A stretch of DNA of 64,000 nucleotides, from positions 25,494 through 89,493 of the IMG/VR virus record IMGVR_UViG_3300031541_000012; one strand, written 5' to 3'. Of this stretch, positions 38,533 to 47,893 are shown piece after piece (the stretch's first letter is position 1; each line of letters starts with the position of its first letter). The position numbers and the translations under genes were made by a program. A model generated the notes under the pieces. The model was not told where the DNA came from and searched no databases. It saw only the letters and a list, made by a program, of their open reading frames with translations. Source of the DNA: a virus.

Positions 38533-38787
38533 TTGATGCAGATTAATCCGCTCGTAAACCGTGCCCACGATCTGGTTGAGCCGTTGCAGGAGTTCGCTAA
38601 CAGCCTCCGCTCAGGCTGTATCAAGGAATGGAAGGCTTGTGGGATTCTTGTGCAGATTGCACAGAGTCGTGAATACTACACAAGCGAGAAAATTGAAGAC
38701 CTTGTGGTTAACAGCCTAGAGATGGAAGGGTTCCGCCGTGATGACTGCGCTACCATCGCTATCTGGATTGAAAGACGGCTGAAATAA
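38533..38787 (+). CDS. hypothetical protein
   Basis: GGAGG RBS; similar to 39232 ORF (EWKA.I..EGF..DC..I..W). Confidence 0.6.
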   Translation: MMQINPLVNRAHDLVEPLQEFANSLRSGCIKEWKACGILVQIAQSREYYTSEKIEDLVVNSLEMEGFRRDDCATIAIWIERRLK

Positions 38788-38790
38788 AGC

Positions 38791-38838
38791 TTGACAAACC
38801 AATGCGCCTTGCTTATATTAGTAGGGTAAGCAAAGGAG
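38791..38838 (+). promoter_or_regulatory. early promoter
   Basis: TTGACA-17-TATATT then TAAGCAAAGGAG. Confidence 0.8.
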
Positions 38839-38845
38839 ATATGAC

Positions 38846-39232
38846 ATGGGCGTTTACTACAGATCCCCCAGCAAGCGGACAATTTGCGCAACCGGTGCAA
38901 ATGTTCTTTACAGCAACTGGTACGGCAAGCCGCCTGGCATTTTTGCCGAACGCACTGGCAAGTGGGATGCATTCTGCACCCGTGCTGAAAATACTGCCCG
39001 TGAGCTGCGCGAAAACACTCGTTACAGCTACGTGATGATGGCCAAGGATGGCGCTGAATTGCGCGAAGACGGTGAGTCCGCTGTGGCTGTTTGGACGGGG
39101 CAGGCGATGCTGCACGACGGTTTTTGGGACAAAAACATCGTGGGCAAGGTCAAGAAGGTGAATGGGCGGTGGACGCTCGTTCTGGATCAAAAGGCAGTTG
39201 CCGCTCGCAAAGCCGAGTTGGAGGCGATTTGA
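38846..39232 (+). CDS. hypothetical early protein
   Basis: After promoter and RBS. Confidence 0.7.
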   Translation: MGVYYRSPSKRTICATGANVLYSNWYGKPPGIFAERTGKWDAFCTRAENTARELRENTRYSYVMMAKDGAELREDGESAVAVWTGQAMLHDGFWDKNIVGKVKKVNGRWTLVLDQKAVAARKAELEAI

Positions 39233-39564
39233 TGTCTTACTATCCTGACAAAGAAAAATACAAGGACTACAGTCGCAGCCTTTTGGCAGAGTTCCGCGAT
39301 TATGTCAATAGTTTCCGGACCGACGCCGTTGGGAGTTGGGAATGGAAGGCTGGCATCATCATGAGCGTAATTGCTGATGAAGAGGCTAATCGTTATCGTT
39401 ATGGAATGATAGCAGACCCCCGTTCACGTGAAAAGATGCAGGCCCAGATGCGCTGGACCTTTAGATTCGAAGGGTTCAAGCTGGAAGACTGCGACAAAAT
39501 TGGCGATTGGCTGTTCGACAAGTGGACAGAATTCGAAACTGAAATGATGAACCAGGAGACCTAA
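39232..39564 (+). CDS. hypothetical protein
   Basis: TGATG coupling, GGAGG RBS. Confidence 0.65.
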   Translation: MSYYPDKEKYKDYSRSLLAEFRDYVNSFRTDAVGSWEWKAGIIMSVIADEEANRYRYGMIADPRSREKMQAQMRWTFRFEGFKLEDCDKIGDWLFDKWTEFETEMMNQET

Positions 39565-39675
39565 AATGGCTGTTCTTACTATTCTGTTGATTCCCGTTAT
39601 CGCTGTTGGCGTCGGCATGGCATATGCCTACAAGCGCGGCGCGGCTTGGAAGCCTGAATACGATCGGATCCCTTA

Positions 39676-39942
39676 ATGTGTGACCGCTGCACACTACGTG
39701 AAGGCTTGTTAAGCCACGTCCTCCGACCTTATCTCAAGGAGGGCGTGGACGTCTGTGTGTCGTTTGATAACATTGGGCAGCCAATTGGGTGTGAAGAAAT
39801 CTACTTGACTGATACCGCAACAGGCAAGGGTATTACTATCATCGCTGACCGCGATGAAGAAGGCGGTAAACTACATTGGGAAACCGACGAGTTCGAAAAA
39901 CATGATTTGGGCAACGTCGTATTTTTGGAGGATCACAGATGA
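39676..39942 (+). CDS. hypothetical protein
   Basis: Packed ORF. Confidence 0.55.
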   Translation: MCDRCTLREGLLSHVLRPYLKEGVDVCVSFDNIGQPIGCEEIYLTDTATGKGITIIADRDEEGGKLHWETDEFEKHDLGNVVFLEDHR

Positions 39943-40223
39943 ATCCATTTACATATAAAGTCATGCGCGAGGAATGGTACGCGGACGTCGGCCATATTGA
40001 CTGTTATGGCAATCCCCAGTCGTTCCGTCCGTATTGGACCAGCCAACCGTTCCCAACGCAAAATGAAGCTTTGGCAGCCATGAAAGCACATGATGACGTT
40101 TTGGGATATGATCAGCATTTGATGCGCCATGTCATGGCCAAAAGCTACACAGATTGTCGTGTTCGGCGTGAAAATAAAACTGTCCGTGTGTTTGAAGACG
40201 GATATACTTTGGAGACAAGCTGA
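39939..40223 (+). CDS. hypothetical protein
   Basis: ATGA overlap, GGAGG RBS. Confidence 0.6.
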   Translation: MNPFTYKVMREEWYADVGHIDCYGNPQSFRPYWTSQPFPTQNEALAAMKAHDDVLGYDQHLMRHVMAKSYTDCRVRRENKTVRVFEDGYTLETS

Positions 40224-40337
40224 AGTCACGCTTATTGAGTTCGGTATCGAAAAATAACCCATTGACAAGCAACGGAAAATTTGTTATCTTGGTAGGGCAG
40301 TGAGACAACTGCCCTTCCCCATATTAAAGGATAACAA

Positions 40338-40595
40338 ATGAGCAGAGCATTTTCTGACGCTGAGATTAAGAAACTCAAAGAAATCGTTACTGAAGGTATC
40401 CAGGTCCACACTGAGCTAGATGCGCTCAAAGAAGGACTCAGCGATACCGTCAAAGCAATCGCTGAAGAGCTTGACATCAAGCCAGCACTACTAAACAAAG
40501 CCATCCGTACCGCATACAAAGCTGACCTCCAAGAAAAGAGGGACGCGATGACGGATCTTGAGGACATTTTGGTCACCGTTGGTCGAGATTTTTGA
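40338..40595 (+). CDS. T4 DsbA/GapR-like dsDNA-binding protein
   Basis: Helical 85 aa, TVKAIAEELDIKPALLNKAIRTAYK. Confidence 0.65.
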   Translation: MSRAFSDAEIKKLKEIVTEGIQVHTELDALKEGLSDTVKAIAEELDIKPALLNKAIRTAYKADLQEKRDAMTDLEDILVTVGRDF

Positions 40596-40836
40596 TAAGT
40601 TCGACACTCGCCTTGAAGTAGGTGATGAGGTCCTATACGTCCCGATACGTTCTGCCGGCGTCAGCGGGTTACGTTGGGGCAAAATTTCCAAGTTTATGGA
40701 CCTCAATTTCCTAAAAAATCTTGATTCAAATTGGATAATTAGAATTGAAGGCAGTGACGATATCGCCCGCACTTTCAATTGCGTTAAGTTTAGTGAAAAA
40801 GATATTGTGCTGCGCAGACTTACAAGTAAGTTATGA
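40558..40836 (+). CDS. hypothetical SH3-like protein
   Basis: DKFDTRLEVGDEV. Confidence 0.5.
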   Translation: MRTFWSPLVEIFDKFDTRLEVGDEVLYVPIRSAGVSGLRWGKISKFMDLNFLKNLDSNWIIRIEGSDDIARTFNCVKFSEKDIVLRRLTSKL

Positions 40837-41078
40837 CAGAAAACCTTGAAATCGTTAATGATAAAATCGGCCAAGAAATTCGTGTTGGCAGCATTGTTGC
40901 AATGCCCAACGCCAAAACAGAGCTCAAAATAGGGCGGGTGAAAAAGATTTCATCCAAGACAATTTTGTGTGAAGATGTTAACAGGACATCTTCACAATCA
41001 CGTAAGAGGCATACCGAAGTGATTTGTCTCGATGAGATGGAAGCGACTGTCATGTATCTTATGACTCGCAATCTTTAA
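40833..41078 (+). CDS. hypothetical SH3-like protein
   Basis: DKIGQEIRVGSIV. Confidence 0.55.
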   Translation: MTENLEIVNDKIGQEIRVGSIVAMPNAKTELKIGRVKKISSKTILCEDVNRTSSQSRKRHTEVICLDEMEATVMYLMTRNL

Positions 41079-41773
41079 TCCCATTTGACAACTATATTGA
41101 ATTTTTTTCTTATTTTATTCTCACGTAATAGAGTGTTTTGGTATAGTTTACCAAATGTCATATTTTTCATACTATTGATTTGATCAGGATCATATTTCTC
41201 AGGATTACCATGCCAAAACGAACCATAAAATTCATAAACGGTATTTGTTTTTGGATCAAAGCCATCAACAATAAAATATTCATTATCAATTTTAATGGTA
41301 TGTTGGCGTATTGGAATATTCAAATCATCAAGCCATTGTTTCTCTGATTTGCTAATATTTCCAGTTTTTAATCCGTTACGGCGAATGTTAGCAGCACATA
41401 CAGGACAACCACCATTGCGTTGGAAATGACCTTCTGCTTTATTGATTTTAAATTCACCATGGTCACGACAAGAAAGAATAACATTATGTTTCATTCCATT
41501 AAATTTAGAAACCAATGAATATTGATTTCCATATTTTTCCTGGCTTCTGCTAACAAACTCTTCAGTAGTTAATGGATAATTATGTGAACATTTTGGACAC
41601 CCTTGTTTTTCTCTTATATGTTCCTGTGCGCGTTTAATAAAAACACCATGTTCTTTACATATAATTTTTACTGGCTTTAACATCCCCAAATAGTCAGTTA
41701 AGTCATAACAAAATGTATTGCCATGAATTTTTTTAGCACGATTAATAAATTCTTCTGTTGTTAGCTTTTTCAT
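41075..41773 (-). mobile_element. free-standing homing endonuclease (Zn-finger repeats + Vsr/PD-(D/E)XK domain)
   Basis: Two TTEEFI..C..HG.F..GCPxC repeats; VDGFD..YEFYGSFWHG; AT-rich, antisense. Confidence 0.8.
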
Positions 41774-41819
41774 AGTATAAATACCTCTAAAGTATTTATG
41801 TAAATAAGGAATTTTAAAT

Positions 41820-44483
41820 TTGTATGTTGATGCAATACATGATCGCGGCCGCGATACTATCTATGTAGTCGAACGTAACGAAGAAGGACAGCGTGTTCAT
41901 ACGCAGTATCCTGCTCGTTACGTTTTCTACTACCCTGACCCCAAAGGCAAGTTCACAAGCATTTTTGGTGAGCCTTTGGGGCGGTACAGCACCACAAGCA
42001 ACAAAGCATTCCAGAAAGAAAAGAAGTCGTTCTACGGCAAGCGTCTGTATGAGAGTGACTGCAATGTGGTGTTCCGTTGCATATCAGACTATTACTTGGA
42101 CGCCCCTGTTCCCAAGCTGAATATAGGGTTTTTCGATATTGAGGTTGACTTCAACAAGGACCTAGGCTTTGCTCCGCCTGAAGATCCGTTCAACGCCGTT
42201 ACTGCCGTGGGCGTCCATCTCAACTGGATTGACAAGACCATCTGTCTTGTTATCAAGCCCAAGGGCATGGAGCAAGCTGAAGCAGAGCGTATTGTTGGTG
42301 AGTTTGACGACGTCATACTCATGGACAGCGAAAAAGAACTGCTTGAAACATTCCTAGAGCTCATTGAAGATGCTGATATCCTAAGCGGCTGGAACAGTGA
42401 AGGCTTCGATATTCCCTACATGGTTAACCGTATTGCACGAGTGCTAGGCAAGGACTACACTCGCAAGTTCTGCCTGTGGGGGCAGTTTCCCAAGAAGCGC
42501 ACATACGAAGCTTACGGCAACCAGCAAGAGACGTTCGACCTCGTAGGGCGCGTACACCTGGACTACCTGCAACTATATCGCAAGTACACCTACCACGAAA
42601 TGCACAGCTATAGCTTGGACGCCATCGCAGAGCACGAGTTGGGTGAGAAGAAGGTTGACTACGAAGGCACATTGGATCAGCTCTACAATAACGACTTCAA
42701 GAAGTTTATCGAATACAACATACAAGACACGAACCTGCTACGCAAGCTAGACGACAAGCTTCAGTTTATTGACTTGAGTAACGTTCTCGCACACGCCAAC
42801 GGTGTTTTGCTACCCAACACAATGGGCGCGGTGGCGCAAACAGACCAAGCTATCGTTAACGAAGCACACAGCCGCGGGTTGATTGTGCCTGACAAAGTTC
42901 GCGGACAAGAGCACACACAAGCCGCTGGTGCCTATGTTGCTAACCCTGTCAAGGGTATGCACGACTGGATTGGCAGCATGGACTTGAACAGTCTGTATCC
43001 GTCCATCCTGCGCGCCTGCAACATGAGCCCTGAATGTATTATTGGACAGGTACGTCAGGACTTTACAAACGGCGATCTGGAAGACAGCCGCAAGCAATAC
43101 AAAGACAACCCAATTGCACGTTACTGGGAAGGCAAGTTCGCTTGCCGTGAGTACGAGCTTGTTATGGAGCGTAACCGTGATATTGGCCTTATATTGGACT
43201 TTGAAGACGGCAAAAGCTACAACGCAAGCGGCGCCGAGATCTACGATCTGATCTTCCACAACGGCAAGCCCTGGTGCATTACCAGCAACGGTACAATCTT
43301 TACGTTTGAGAAACAGGGTGTCGTTCCTGGATTGCTTGAGCGTTGGTATGCAGAGCGTAAGGAGATGCAGGCCAAGGCAAAGGACTACAAAGGATTCAAG
43401 GGCAAAGAAGAAGAGTTTGCCTTCTGGGACAAGCGTCAGCTGGTGAAGAAGATTAACCTTAACTCACTATACGGCGCGTTGCTTAACCCAGGCAGCCGCT
43501 TCTTTGACCAACGTCTAGGGCAGAGCACAACGCTAACAGGGCGTACAATCGCACGTCACATGGCTGCGCAAACCAATATGGAAATTGCTGGCGAGTACGA
43601 CCATACAGGCAAAAGCATTATCTACGGCGACACTGACTCCGTTTACTTCAGCGCGTTCCCAGTTTACGCAGAACAGATTGCTAGCGGAGAGTTTAAGTGG
43701 GACAAAGACACTATCGTTGAGCTCTACGATGCAGTGGGAGAGGCAGTCAACGACACGTTTCCTGACTACATGGCTCGTGCACACAACTGCCCGGACCGTT
43801 ACGGACGTATCATTGCCGCAGCACGTGAGACAGTGGGCGAGCGTGGTATCTTTATCAGCAAAAAGCGTTACGGCATCCTTGTGTATGACGATGAGGGCAC
43901 TCGCGTTGACACAGATGGCAAACGTGGTAAGCTAAAGGTTATGGGCTTAGAAATCAAGCGCAGCGACACGCCTGACTACATGCAAGAGTTCCTCAAAGAG
44001 ATCCTACAGGACACACTTGAGGGTGCAACTGAGGAACAGGTAATTGACCGTATCCGTGAGTTCCGCAAGGAATTCCGTGACATGAAGCCGTGGGAAAAGG
44101 GCACACCTAAACGTGTGAACAACCTTACCAAGTACACTGCGACATGGAAGAAAACAGGCAAGTGTAGAGTAGGACACGTCATGGCAGCGATTAACTACAA
44201 TCGCCTGCGCGACATGCACGAGGACGCCTACAGCCTAGAGATTGTTGACGGTATGAAAACTATCGTCTGCAAACTAAAACCCAATCCTCTCAACATGACG
44301 AGTATTGGTATCCCTACAGACGAAAAGCGCATACCGCAGTGGTATCAGGACTTGCCGTTTGACGAGGATGAGATGGAGGAAGCAATTGTCTCCAAGAAAA
44401 TAAGCAACTTGCTGGGCACCCTAGATTGGGATCTTAGCAGGGCGGAAAGCAAAACAACTTTCAATGACCTATTTGACTTTTAG
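41820..44483 (+). CDS. family B DNA polymerase (gp43-like), TTG start
   Basis: FDIE, GWNSEGFD, DLNSLYPS, KINLNSLYG, YGDTDS, KKRY; C-terminal FNDLFDF. Confidence 0.97.
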   Translation: MYVDAIHDRGRDTIYVVERNEEGQRVHTQYPARYVFYYPDPKGKFTSIFGEPLGRYSTTSNKAFQKEKKSFYGKRLYESDCNVVFRCISDYYLDAPVPKLNIGFFDIEVDFNKDLGFAPPEDPFNAVTAVGVHLNWIDKTICLVIKPKGMEQAEAERIVGEFDDVILMDSEKELLETFLELIEDADILSGWNSEGFDIPYMVNRIARVLGKDYTRKFCLWGQFPKKRTYEAYGNQQETFDLVGRVHLDYLQLYRKYTYHEMHSYSLDAIAEHELGEKKVDYEGTLDQLYNNDFKKFIEYNIQDTNLLRKLDDKLQFIDLSNVLAHANGVLLPNTMGAVAQTDQAIVNEAHSRGLIVPDKVRGQEHTQAAGAYVANPVKGMHDWIGSMDLNSLYPSILRACNMSPECIIGQVRQDFTNGDLEDSRKQYKDNPIARYWEGKFACREYELVMERNRDIGLILDFEDGKSYNASGAEIYDLIFHNGKPWCITSNGTIFTFEKQGVVPGLLERWYAERKEMQAKAKDYKGFKGKEEEFAFWDKRQLVKKINLNSLYGALLNPGSRFFDQRLGQSTTLTGRTIARHMAAQTNMEIAGEYDHTGKSIIYGDTDSVYFSAFPVYAEQIASGEFKWDKDTIVELYDAVGEAVNDTFPDYMARAHNCPDRYGRIIAAARETVGERGIFISKKRYGILVYDDEGTRVDTDGKRGKLKVMGLEIKRSDTPDYMQEFLKEILQDTLEGATEEQVIDRIREFRKEFRDMKPWEKGTPKRVNNLTKYTATWKKTGKCRVGHVMAAINYNRLRDMHEDAYSLEIVDGMKTIVCKLKPNPLNMTSIGIPTDEKRIPQWYQDLPFDEDEMEEAIVSKKISNLLGTLDWDLSRAESKTTFNDLFDF

Positions 44484-44532
44484 GTTGCAAACAGAAAACC
44501 CTTATGTTACAATGGGTTAATCACACAAAGGA

Positions 44533-45282
44533 TTGATTATGGAAATCAAAGACGTATTGCTCGACATCATCAAGCACACAAACGGGCTTGGGATTATCGA
44601 GAACATCAAGGTTGATGGCGGTGACGGCAAAACAGCACTAGGCGCTATGGACCCTGATAAAACAGTTATCATGACAGCTGAACTTCATGATACAGTTCCT
44701 GAATTTGACGGTGAGTTTGGTATGGGCAGCCTGGGTCTACTCAGCAGCCTTATGCGTCTCAGCAACTATCAGGATCCAGGTGCATCTATCTCAATCAAGC
44801 GCGAAGAGCGTAACGGCGAAGAGATGCCAACCACACTTATTTTTGAAGACACTGAAGGCGGCAAAGACCAGTATCGCTTTATGAGCAAGCAGGTAGTTGA
44901 CGAGGCGATGAAAGTCGCTACGTTTAAGGGTGCAAACTGGGACGTTGTTATCCAGCCAGCAGCCAAGCGCGTTGCTCAACTAGGCGAAGTTGCTGGTATC
45001 TACAGCGGCGTTGACCCTGCGTTCAAAGTTACTACAAAAGACGGTCAGCTTGTGCTGGAAGTTGGTAGCACTGAAGGCGGTGTTGTTGGGCGTCGTGTTT
45101 TTGCTGAGAATGTGGAAGGCGATCTTAATGCTGGTTGGCAATTCCCGCTAGCACAGTTCCTTGCTATCCTCAAGCTAGGCGGTACACAAGTTGTCAGCTT
45201 CAGCGACCAAGGTGCAGCTAAGATTGATGTAGACAGTGGTATTGGCGTTTACAGCTATATCATGCCTGCAATGAGTGGCTAA
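44533..45282 (+). CDS. sliding clamp (gp45-like)
   Basis: About 245 aa right after the polymerase, beta-rich two-domain pattern, YSYIMPA end. Confidence 0.7.
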   Translation: MIMEIKDVLLDIIKHTNGLGIIENIKVDGGDGKTALGAMDPDKTVIMTAELHDTVPEFDGEFGMGSLGLLSSLMRLSNYQDPGASISIKREERNGEEMPTTLIFEDTEGGKDQYRFMSKQVVDEAMKVATFKGANWDVVIQPAAKRVAQLGEVAGIYSGVDPAFKVTTKDGQLVLEVGSTEGGVVGRRVFAENVEGDLNAGWQFPLAQFLAILKLGGTQVVSFSDQGAAKIDVDSGIGVYSYIMPAMSG

Positions 45283-45303
45283 TAACAACCTTAGGAGACC
45301 GAT

Positions 45304-45546
45304 ATGGTCAAAAAGATTAAAGCAATTGAGGATGACAATCCTAGCGATCTTGATCGTGATGAATACCAAGCCAAAATGCTAGAGTATCAGCAAGCTATCG
45401 ACTGGAAGCTTTGGGAGATGCTCAAGATTTTACAAGCTTGGGCAGAGCGTGAAGGCTTGAACAAGGAAGAAGCACCAGCACCAAAAGCAAATGATGCAAA
45501 GCGCAAATCCACAGTCAAGCCAGTCATTGTTGACGAGGATGAATAA
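45304..45546 (+). CDS. hypothetical protein
   Basis: AGGAG RBS; AIDWKLWE. Confidence 0.65.
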   Translation: MVKKIKAIEDDNPSDLDRDEYQAKMLEYQQAIDWKLWEMLKILQAWAEREGLNKEEAPAPKANDAKRKSTVKPVIVDEDE

Positions 45547-45977
45547 TGGCACATAAATTAGAACAAGTCCATACCAAGATTTGGGTTACGTTTCAGAAGG
45601 AAGGCATACATTTGTATCCTGCCGCTGCAACTGATCCCAACTTGGCAACTGGTGATGAATGGGACGTAAGCTTCCTTGGTGTTGCACACCGTCACATTTT
45701 TCACTTCCGTGTTGGTATTGAAGTGTTTCATGATGATCGTGACATTGAGTTTATCCAGTTCAAACGTTGGCTGGAAAAGCTTTATAACGACAAGACACTC
45801 GAGCTCAACCACAGAAGTTGTGAGATGATTGCACAAGAACTTGCAGAAGTCATCCACAACCAATATCCAGGCCGTGCTATGGAAATCACTGTCAGTGAAG
45901 ACAATGAAAACGGCGCAACCCTAAACTTTACATCAACCCCACTCGCAGACAATGGTTTGCGTGTAGTCAAAGGATAA
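45546..45977 (+). CDS. QueD-like T-fold protein (DpdL-like, proposed CDG decarboxylase)
   Basis: LGVAHRHIF (LxxxHRHxF), DIEFIQFK, SCEMIA, VSEDNENGA. Confidence 0.7.
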   Translation: MAHKLEQVHTKIWVTFQKEGIHLYPAAATDPNLATGDEWDVSFLGVAHRHIFHFRVGIEVFHDDRDIEFIQFKRWLEKLYNDKTLELNHRSCEMIAQELAEVIHNQYPGRAMEITVSEDNENGATLNFTSTPLADNGLRVVKG

Positions 45978-45983
45978 TAAAAG

Positions 45984-46271
45984 ATGGCTAATGCAATCAG
46001 CCTAAACGATATCAAATATGACCTACTCAAGATCATCGAGCCTTGGGACGGACGCCTAGAGTCAAACAATCCTCGCCCTGTGCGACATTTGTTTATCCAG
46101 TATTTAAATGATTTGCAAAAAGAGAAGATGATTTACGACTTCTCAATTGACACAACCAACCGTGAAAGCGCGTTTACGTTTGACGTAACAGTGCGCATGA
46201 GTCCAACACGGAGCCCGAAAAAACTCAAGATTCACGTCGGTATTTTCACAACTCCGTGGGTTGCGGCCTAA
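45984..46271 (+). CDS. hypothetical protein
   Basis: Packed ORF; weak tail-sheath C-domain-like pattern. Confidence 0.55.
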   Translation: MANAISLNDIKYDLLKIIEPWDGRLESNNPRPVRHLFIQYLNDLQKEKMIYDFSIDTTNRESAFTFDVTVRMSPTRSPKKLKIHVGIFTTPWVAA

Positions 46272-46278
46272 ATAGATG

Positions 46279-46319
46279 TAGCAGGTTACGGTTGACTCTA
46301 TACCGTAACCTGCTATAAT
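46279..46319 (+). promoter_or_regulatory. sigma70-type promoter inside 14-bp perfect inverted repeat
   Basis: TAGCAGGTTACGGT/ACCGTAACCTGCTA; TTGACT-16-TATAAT with TG extension. Confidence 0.65.
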
Positions 46320-46343
46320 CATTATATATTTCAAGGAACCTAC

Positions 46344-47885
46344 ATGACAATTGATCTCAACAAGGCGAACAGAGACTATGCAGTCTTCTTGCCGAGTATC
46401 AGCGGCTTCTACGTTGATACAATGGCAAACCCAGACACTCGTGTTCCGCCAGGCCTGGAAAAAGGCAAGGAAGGGTTGGACTTCCTAAAAGACGATGGCT
46501 ATTTCAGCTATCAGTGGGGGCTATACTCCGCAGGCCACGCGCAACTTGACGTGGCCAAAGCTAACATGGAAGAGGTCATGATCCAACAGCGTGACCGCAA
46601 GAATACGTTCATTCTAGGTGACTCAGGTGGTTTTCAAATCATCACTGGCGTCCTTAAAATGGACTGGACAAAGTTCTACACTGATGACACAGTGCGTCAG
46701 AAGATCCTAAACTATCTGGAAAACACAGCAGATTACAGCATGGTGTTGGATGTGCCAACACTAGCAGCTAGTGAGCCATTTAGCTCACGCAGCGGCATCA
46801 AGGACTTCCAGCAATGCTTGGACTACACTAAGTTCAACAACGACTGGTTTGTCAAGAACCGCAAGCACCAGACAAAACTGCTTAACAGTATGCAAGGCCG
46901 CACACTGGACGAAGCACGTTACTGGTTTGATGAGACCAAGCACTTCCCGTTTGAGGGTTGGGGCTTTGGTGGCTCAACCAGCAAGAACCTCGTTATCATT
47001 CTCAAGCAACTGATTTGGTTGCGTGACGAGGGCTACTTGGAGCAGGGCAAATACGATCATATGCACTACCTTGGTGTTAGCCGTAACGAGTTCTCAGTTT
47101 ACTACACTGCGATCAAGCGTATGCTCAACAAGTATGTCAACCCAGACATGGAAGTAACATACGATGCAGCCAGCGCATTCATCATGGCAACAAAAGGCCA
47201 GATGTATGGTGACGTGGTTGTGAACAACAAGAAAATGATCATGGGCGGCGTACCTGTTGTGGATAACAAGCTGCTACACGGTAGCGACTTGCCGCTACCA
47301 GCACAGAGCCCAATCTTTGAGCGCATGACAGCAGGCGACCTTTGCTATTACGATCACGGTGTGCCTAGTATGGAAGCTCTACAGGAAGCATGGCTGCGCA
47401 AGCAACGTGACGGTGACCATCACCTACTTGATGTTGAGCGTGACTTTGACATGACTGAGGCGCTCAAAGACAAAGAGTTGCTTAACGATGCTGCATTGTG
47501 GGAGAAACAAGGCAAGAAGAACAAGATCGATAAAGTAGGTAAGACCAGCTGGGATACTAGCAGTTACCTATACGTCATGGCACACAATGTCTTTGTCAAC
47601 ATCAAGACATTGCAGCTATGTAACCAGAACGTTGACTTGGGACTAGGACAAGCTGGTGACTTTGATCCACTTGAGTTTACTACAGTACAGGCACGTAAAG
47701 GAAAACTAGAGATCAGTCCTTGGGCGCCTACTGAAGTCTTGGTTACTACCAAAATCATTGAGGATGTTATGCAGAGCGAAACGCCAATGGACATTATTGA
47801 TGCTGCCGCTGGCTTCCTTGATAGCCGTAGCATTGTAAGCGGATACCAAGACAATAAGTCAACATTTGACAGTCTATTTGATTAA
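46344..47885 (+). CDS. TGT-fold guanine transglycosylase (DpdA-like)
   Basis: LGDSGGFQ, VLDVP, GWGFGG, HYLG, YDAAS; context of folE/queD/queE. Confidence 0.8.
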   Translation: MTIDLNKANRDYAVFLPSISGFYVDTMANPDTRVPPGLEKGKEGLDFLKDDGYFSYQWGLYSAGHAQLDVAKANMEEVMIQQRDRKNTFILGDSGGFQIITGVLKMDWTKFYTDDTVRQKILNYLENTADYSMVLDVPTLAASEPFSSRSGIKDFQQCLDYTKFNNDWFVKNRKHQTKLLNSMQGRTLDEARYWFDETKHFPFEGWGFGGSTSKNLVIILKQLIWLRDEGYLEQGKYDHMHYLGVSRNEFSVYYTAIKRMLNKYVNPDMEVTYDAASAFIMATKGQMYGDVVVNNKKMIMGGVPVVDNKLLHGSDLPLPAQSPIFERMTAGDLCYYDHGVPSMEALQEAWLRKQRDGDHHLLDVERDFDMTEALKDKELLNDAALWEKQGKKNKIDKVGKTSWDTSSYLYVMAHNVFVNIKTLQLCNQNVDLGLGQAGDFDPLEFTTVQARKGKLEISPWAPTEVLVTTKIIEDVMQSETPMDIIDAAAGFLDSRSIVSGYQDNKSTFDSLFD

Positions 47886-47893
47886 GGAACATC

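Noticed and set aside
41820-44483. Intein or intron in the DNA polymerase
   Set aside because: Normal length, contiguous motifs, no splice signatures
46344-47885. Ordinary tRNA-guanine transglycosylase for queuosine
   Set aside because: Lacks the CxCxxC Zn site and typical bacterial Tgt N-terminus, has a clamp-type tail, and no queA/queF is seen; disfavoured but not formally excluded
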